Source: Yuukianura sp. NJ FZ-2021
Lineage: Eukaryota
Assembly: GCA_046563655.1 (NCBI GenBank)
Contig: CM102287.1
Span: 1,054,001 to 1,118,000, forward strand
Direction of reading: 5' to 3'
Length of the DNA stretch: 64,000 bases
The translations under genes were made by a program, and so were the position numbers. The notes under the pieces were generated by a model that did no database searches, was not told where the DNA came from, and saw only the letters and a program-made list of their open reading frames with translations. Below, piece after piece: positions 59,388 through 64,000 of the stretch. The stretch's first letter is position 1. Each line of letters begins with the position of its first letter.

Positions 59388-60032
59388 TGTTACGTCTCAG
59401 ATTGGCGTAATGCCATTGGAAGGGCCCTCGGGGTTAGTACTCGCTTAGCCCAAGGGGTCAAGGGTCTTAAGGACCCCTTCCTGGCTGAGTTCGTCCAATG
59501 TTTTGTCCATGTTTGTGTAAGGTGAAATAAAATGATCAAGTATGAATATATTTGCCCATACCTTCTGCTGTGACTGTGCTTTTATTTTCTTCCGGGTAGT
59601 AGTAGGTTAGTGGGTACTTAGTAGTGCTTTTTCTCCTTCCTTCTCTAGTCTTCTGTGCTTTCTCGCTTACTTCCAAGCTATTACTGAATAGTATTTATAT
59701 TAGTGTTTTAATTGCCCAATTAAGGTTGCTAGGTGGGTGCTAATTAGTGCTACTTAGGAGCTAATTAACAACTTTTGTTTTATGCACTAGCGTACGGCTG
59801 TGGTCGTGCTTCCTGCCACTTGGCCCTGTGATCGCTTGGCCTTGTGGTTTCTTTCCACTCCGACTGAGACTGGATTTGGTGCTAAGTGGGCTTAGTTACT
59901 AGGTGTGCTTAGTAACTAACTAACTAACGTTACACGTGCGACCTTGTGCAGTAGTGCCTAGCAACTGACTTGTGAAAGTGAAAGTTCAAGTGCAGGTGCT
60001 GAAGGTATTGTTGTGCAAGTGCAGGTGTAACA
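59388..60032 (-). repeat. 3' LTR of element 4 (~645 bp)
   Basis: TGTTAC...GTAACA inverted termini. Minus-strand purine tract AAAAAGATTAGGCAGTGGAAAG precedes it. Confidence 0.75.
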
Positions 60033-60088
60033 CTTTCCACTGCCTAATCTTTTTGTCGTCCCGACAAAGCAATATCGGAGGTGATGAC

Positions 60089-61339
60089 TCATTCTTGTCT
60101 TGGTTGTCGCCGTTCGAGCTCCAGAAGCCTCTCCTGCATGTCCCGGATCTGGCGTACTAAGTCGGGGATGAGGACATCGGGCGGTGGTAAGTCGCCAAGG
60201 GTGAGGTGTCGTTGACTTGCGGTGGGGTATGGCGACATTCGTCGGCTGGGTATATGAGTGGTGGTTTCTGCGGCTCGTCGGCTCGGCGAGCGTATCCCTT
60301 CCAAGAATTCGGGGCCGAACCAGACAAGTAATTGGGGAATGAGTTGGGACGCTCGGCCTTCGTCCATTCCGGGTGGTTTGGGTAACGTGGTAATCCGTCG
60401 GGACAGTCCTCTGATGAACTCGAGATTGGTACCGGTCTTCCATCGTGCGTAGTCGGCAACGAAGAGTTGAGTGGGAACGTCCAAGACTCGAGCGACATAA
60501 ATGATACTAGCGCGAATTCGTGCATCTCGACGGTCGACTGGTAGGGTATTCGAAAAGAAGTGGATTAGTCGAAACGGCTCTGCGGTTTGTTCATGGGTGG
60601 TCTCCAGCATGCCTTGTAAGAGTGCTGGGATGTCAATTGATCCAATTGCGTAGCCGTCCTGTAGGTACACGGTAATATCTTTCCACAGTTGAGCGATTGT
60701 TTCGGTGTGATCGACCATGCGAGGGTCATCTTGTTGCAGGCGGTGTTGGGGAAATCCTGCCGGTATGGTTACCGTGGACTGGAAGTAGCTTCTCAGGGTT
60801 CGTGGCGCTGCTTGGTCTGACAAACCGAGTATGTGGCTGCGGATAGTCTCCACGTCCAAGACACTGCGTGGAATGACTCCGAAATCTCGTTCAATCCACT
60901 GTTGTTGCTCCTTGCCATTGTAGCAAATCTTCATTATCCGCGGTGATGCAAACAGAGTTTTTAGCGGGCCGTGCGTGTCTTCATCTCTGGGGTCCATGAT
61001 AAATGTTTTGTTCTTGGAGACAATGACCAAACGGCAGATCGCTCCGATGTATGAGTGCGGCCATTCGAAACAGGAAAAGACAACTGGGGAGAGTTCGATT
61101 GCCTTTGAGACATGTGCCGTAACTTCTTCTTTCGTCTTCAAGACCGTGTAGTTAGATGGAGGTAGGAGCCATCCTGGCGTCCAAAGTGAATCGTGCATAC
61201 GAGCTTCGTCGATGTCCAACACTTCCATCCGGTCTGGGCGTATCATTCGTGCTCCGTCAGTGAGGTTGCGCACTTGTGTTTGCGCGTACTTGAGTTGTGG
61301 GAGGTTCCGTGTGACTGAAGGTGCGATGTCGAATTCCAT
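60089..61339 (-). CDS. Rrp6/RNase D-fold protein, predicted catalytically inactive
   Basis: HSYIGAICRLVIVS..TFIMD, LKTLFASPRIMKICYNG..WIERDFGV..VLDV, and HRDC-like VARVLDVP. The acidic ExoI/II residues are replaced. Confidence 0.72.
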   Translation of the reverse strand: MEFDIAPSVTRNLPQLKYAQTQVRNLTDGARMIRPDRMEVLDIDEARMHDSLWTPGWLLPPSNYTVLKTKEEVTAHVSKAIELSPVVFSCFEWPHSYIGAICRLVIVSKNKTFIMDPRDEDTHGPLKTLFASPRIMKICYNGKEQQQWIERDFGVIPRSVLDVETIRSHILGLSDQAAPRTLRSYFQSTVTIPAGFPQHRLQQDDPRMVDHTETIAQLWKDITVYLQDGYAIGSIDIPALLQGMLETTHEQTAEPFRLIHFFSNTLPVDRRDARIRASIIYVARVLDVPTQLFVADYARWKTGTNLEFIRGLSRRITTLPKPPGMDEGRASQLIPQLLVWFGPEFLEGIRSPSRRAAETTTHIPSRRMSPYPTASQRHLTLGDLPPPDVLIPDLVRQIRDMQERLLELERRQPRQE

Positions 61340-61455
61340 GGCTAAGAAGTACCTGAGAAGGTAGAAATTAGATTAGACGTACAAGTGTGCATGAATTGGT
61401 GTGCATCGTCGAGGTCGTCAGGAGTCGGTTTCTGGGTGTGGGTAGCTTTTTGCGC

Positions 61456-63729
61456 TCAATAGTTATAGCCCGGGTCAGGGTTTGTACCGTTTCCCACATT
61501 TGTTTCAGCAAATGAGACTCGTCTAGTCTCAGAAAGAGGATAGTCGTAGTAAACTCTCGGTGGGGTCTCTGGTTGTTGGGTGGCTTTATGGAGTTCGTTG
61601 ATCGTCTCGTACTCTGTCTCGATCCGTTCAGCAATGTTGGCTAAGGCACTGGTCCTAGGGAACTTCAAGTTCGTCAATGGGTTGCGTGTCACGACAGGGC
61701 TGCTCCGTGTCAGTTTGGCGGTCTGGGTCGCTGCAGCGTAAGTCACAACCGGTTCGTCTCGGGCCGTGTTTTGGGATCGTCGCCGCAAGATGCAGAACCA
61801 GTATAAGGCGAAGAGGATGATGAAAGTCATCAAGACCAAAGCCAAGGCGAAATTGCTGGCATGGTGGTAGTCGACATGGTCCGATTGTGCTGCTACTCCG
61901 CGTAGTCTGTCTAGGAACGGCAAGGCGAAGGTCAAGCCTGGCAAGGCTTGCAGTTGCTTGTAGAGCAGGAATCCAACTCCTAAAGTCAGGCAGACGTTCC
62001 AAATGATCAATGCCGTGTTAGTTGATGGTGGGATAATGTGCATCAACTTAGGCACCATCATGTTCTTCAGCTGGCTGATTTCGGTCAAATTGAGTCGAGG
62101 TGCGTCAAGGTCCCAGGATTCGTTGAAAACAGATTTCAAGTTAGGGAAAACAGTTTGGCTTCCGTAGTTCCGGTCGTGGGCTGGCTTGAGCATGATGTCG
62201 ATTTTCGACATCATTGCTGGTATGACTATGGTGACTCGTGGTGCGTCTGCCATGCCCGTGGGGCATGGGTATGGTGGTCGAATTGTCCGTCGTCCTGGAA
62301 CTTGTAGTTCGCAATCGCAAGAGAGTCTGACTTCGAGGCTTCCAATCTGGTCGTTTGGTGGCTGCACTGGGTGGGTCCTGTTGTCCGAGATCCCACGTTC
62401 TCCGCACTGGATCTGCATTCCTTCCGGTGCTCCGGTTAGGATGAATGTATGATAGTCCAATTGGGTCACGCTAAAATCTCCTGGTGTGTTGAGGCATTCG
62501 AAAAGGCAGACTTCGTTGAGTTCCCGAACGCTGGCGCCCCGTAGAAGTCGTTGAGCGCATAAGTATCCGGTCATCGGGTCGGAACTGAACTGAGGCACAT
62601 GGCAGAGTCCAGTTTCGGGGTGGCATTGTTGAAGTTGTGTGCCTTGGATCGTCACGAGTTCTTCTTCGTTTACGGCTAAGTATGCTGGAGCGTGTTGAAC
62701 AATGCAGGTGCTACCTTTGTAGCTAAACGGCACGTTTATCATCTCGTACAACTTCCAATTATCCGCGAGTTTCTTGATAGGTATGCGGACACGGTACATG
62801 ATCCGTCCTCCGTCACTAAAGGCGCAGTCGGTGAGCTTCAGTTTGTAATACCGTGTGACTTCCTCGATGGGTATGACTAGTCCATATCCGTCAGCTCGTA
62901 GTTTCTGGCTTGCTTTGCGGAGGTCTGCTGCTAACCTGGTCGGCGGGACTGCCAAAATGGAGATGGTTTGAGCTCGGCAGTGGTCCTGGAGATCCTTGAA
63001 GCGCATCAGCTCTCCGATTTGGTTGAGGTAGTCGAAGACTTGGAGAAAGGTTCGTCTAGTGGAATCTCCCTCGGCGGTAAGCAGGGTCATTGTCCTTTGC
63101 ACACTTGCGTTGCTGTCCTGCATGGCGGCCTGTTGTTGGTAGAGTCGGTTGACGTGCTCGTGCGCGGTTTGGAAGAGTCGGGTGACGTTTTTCCCAAAAA
63201 GTTCCATTGAGGTTTTCAAGTTCATCACGTTCTGGTTGTTTATGACAACTGAGCCCTTAATGGCTTCCATGAACTTCTCAATGCTCTCACCGTTGACCTG
63301 GAGGTCCTGCATGTCTCGTTTGGAGACGAATCCACAGCAGAAACTGAACATGTCGCTGACTAGGGTGAGAGGGTTAAACGATTGCCATGTGAGGTCCCGT
63401 TTCGTACGTCTTGGGCTGACTTCTGTCATCATCATGTCATCTTTAATGGATGCCAGCATCTTAGTGAGGTAGGTTGTGTAGGGTCGAATGTTCATTGGGA
63501 AGGTGCAGCCTTCGGTTTGAGCGTCGCGGCAGGTTCCTTCCATGACGTTTCCGATCGGGTTGGTAAAGTTGACTTGAATGTCATAGACGAGGGGAATTGT
63601 AGCGGTGTACAATTCCGTTCCTTTGACCTCCCGAACGAGAGATCCTGTGGTGACTCTAACTTCGGTGGGTTGTATGGAGAAAGCATGTCCTCCACCAAGG
63701 ATGGTTATCAGCATAACCAGCCACTGCAT
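61456..63729 (-). CDS. env: Envelope glycoprotein, class I fusion (baculovirus F/errantivirus env-like)
   Basis: Signal peptide, furin site RRTKR, fusion-peptide-like segment, heptad region, Cys-rich ectodomain, N-glycosylation sequons and C-terminal TM segments. Confidence 0.85.
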   Translation of the reverse strand: MQWLVMLITILGGGHAFSIQPTEVRVTTGSLVREVKGTELYTATIPLVYDIQVNFTNPIGNVMEGTCRDAQTEGCTFPMNIRPYTTYLTKMLASIKDDMMMTEVSPRRTKRDLTWQSFNPLTLVSDMFSFCCGFVSKRDMQDLQVNGESIEKFMEAIKGSVVINNQNVMNLKTSMELFGKNVTRLFQTAHEHVNRLYQQQAAMQDSNASVQRTMTLLTAEGDSTRRTFLQVFDYLNQIGELMRFKDLQDHCRAQTISILAVPPTRLAADLRKASQKLRADGYGLVIPIEEVTRYYKLKLTDCAFSDGGRIMYRVRIPIKKLADNWKLYEMINVPFSYKGSTCIVQHAPAYLAVNEEELVTIQGTQLQQCHPETGLCHVPQFSSDPMTGYLCAQRLLRGASVRELNEVCLFECLNTPGDFSVTQLDYHTFILTGAPEGMQIQCGERGISDNRTHPVQPPNDQIGSLEVRLSCDCELQVPGRRTIRPPYPCPTGMADAPRVTIVIPAMMSKIDIMLKPAHDRNYGSQTVFPNLKSVFNESWDLDAPRLNLTEISQLKNMMVPKLMHIIPPSTNTALIIWNVCLTLGVGFLLYKQLQALPGLTFALPFLDRLRGVAAQSDHVDYHHASNFALALVLMTFIILFALYWFCILRRRSQNTARDEPVVTYAAATQTAKLTRSSPVVTRNPLTNLKFPRTSALANIAERIETEYETINELHKATQQPETPPRVYYDYPLSETRRVSFAETNVGNGTNPDPGYNY

Positions 63730-63762
63730 TCTGAATATAGAAGATTATGGGTTAATGCTTAA

Positions 63763-63999
63763 CTAACAATATCGTGCAGGTTTGCGGATTTCTCGCCCCG
63801 CGCGTGTGACATAGGGCGCTTGCGATCTTTTGGTCCTATCAATGTCGACCTTGTCGACCTTTATGTCGACCGCTTCCTCTTCCGAGGACTCACTGCTACT
63901 ATCACTACTACTGTCCACGCTAGTCGAGGTAGCGGAGCTACTGTCGTTCTTTTCGTCGTCAGAGGTCAGAGGCGGCGATGACGTAGGTAGTGTAAAGTT
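63763..63999 (-). CDS. C-terminal tail of pol of element 4 (partial)
   Basis: Ser/acidic tract ending VTRAGREIRKPARYC*, open to the window edge. Confidence 0.65.
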   Translation of the reverse strand, partial: NFTLPTSSPPLTSDDEKNDSSSATSTSVDSSSDSSSESSEEEAVDIKVDKVDIDRTKRSQAPYVTRAGREIRKPARYC

Positions 64000-64000
64000 T

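Larger units (their letters stand above)
59388..64000 (-). mobile_element. Env-bearing LTR retroelement 4 (3' part): pol tail, env, exonuclease-fold ORF, 3' LTR
   Basis: Gene order, PPT and LTR termini. Inserted in the ATPase. Confidence 0.88.

Noticed and set aside
59958..63762. Many overlapping alternative-frame ORFs over env and the exonuclease-fold gene
   Set aside because: These are shadow ORFs of GC-richer coding sequence with no motifs.

Overview
Eukaryotic, probably arthropod, heterochromatin-like DNA (short GT-AG introns, TATA + TCAGT initiator, TTAGG repeats). It is built entirely from mobile elements and satellite. (1) 1-26216: a decayed Polinton/Maverick (adintovirus-like) element A with IAP, protein-primed PolB, packaging ATPase, truncated integrase, penton, core protein, major capsid and adenain protease. 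Its polB is split by three LTR retroelements, and removing two of them at their 4-bp TSDs restores the frame. (2) 26217-54478: a ~28 kb array of a 161-bp satellite with higher-order repeats. (3) 54477 onward: a second, divergent Polinton B with a different gene order, whose ATPase is interrupted by an env-bearing LTR retroelement that runs off the window. The most striking observation is that two dissimilar LTR retroelements each carry, as a 3' ORF preceded by a splice acceptor, an Rrp6/EXOSC10-like DEDDy exonuclease with HRDC. One copy keeps its catalytic residues and adds a CCHC knuckle, and the other appears catalytically dead and lies downstream of env. Also notable are a 236-nt hairpin behind a tRNA-like Pol III head near the start of Polinton B, and a dense nuclear-receptor half-site cluster in a non-autonomous LTR element. 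All homology calls are motif recognition by eye, and no searches were run.
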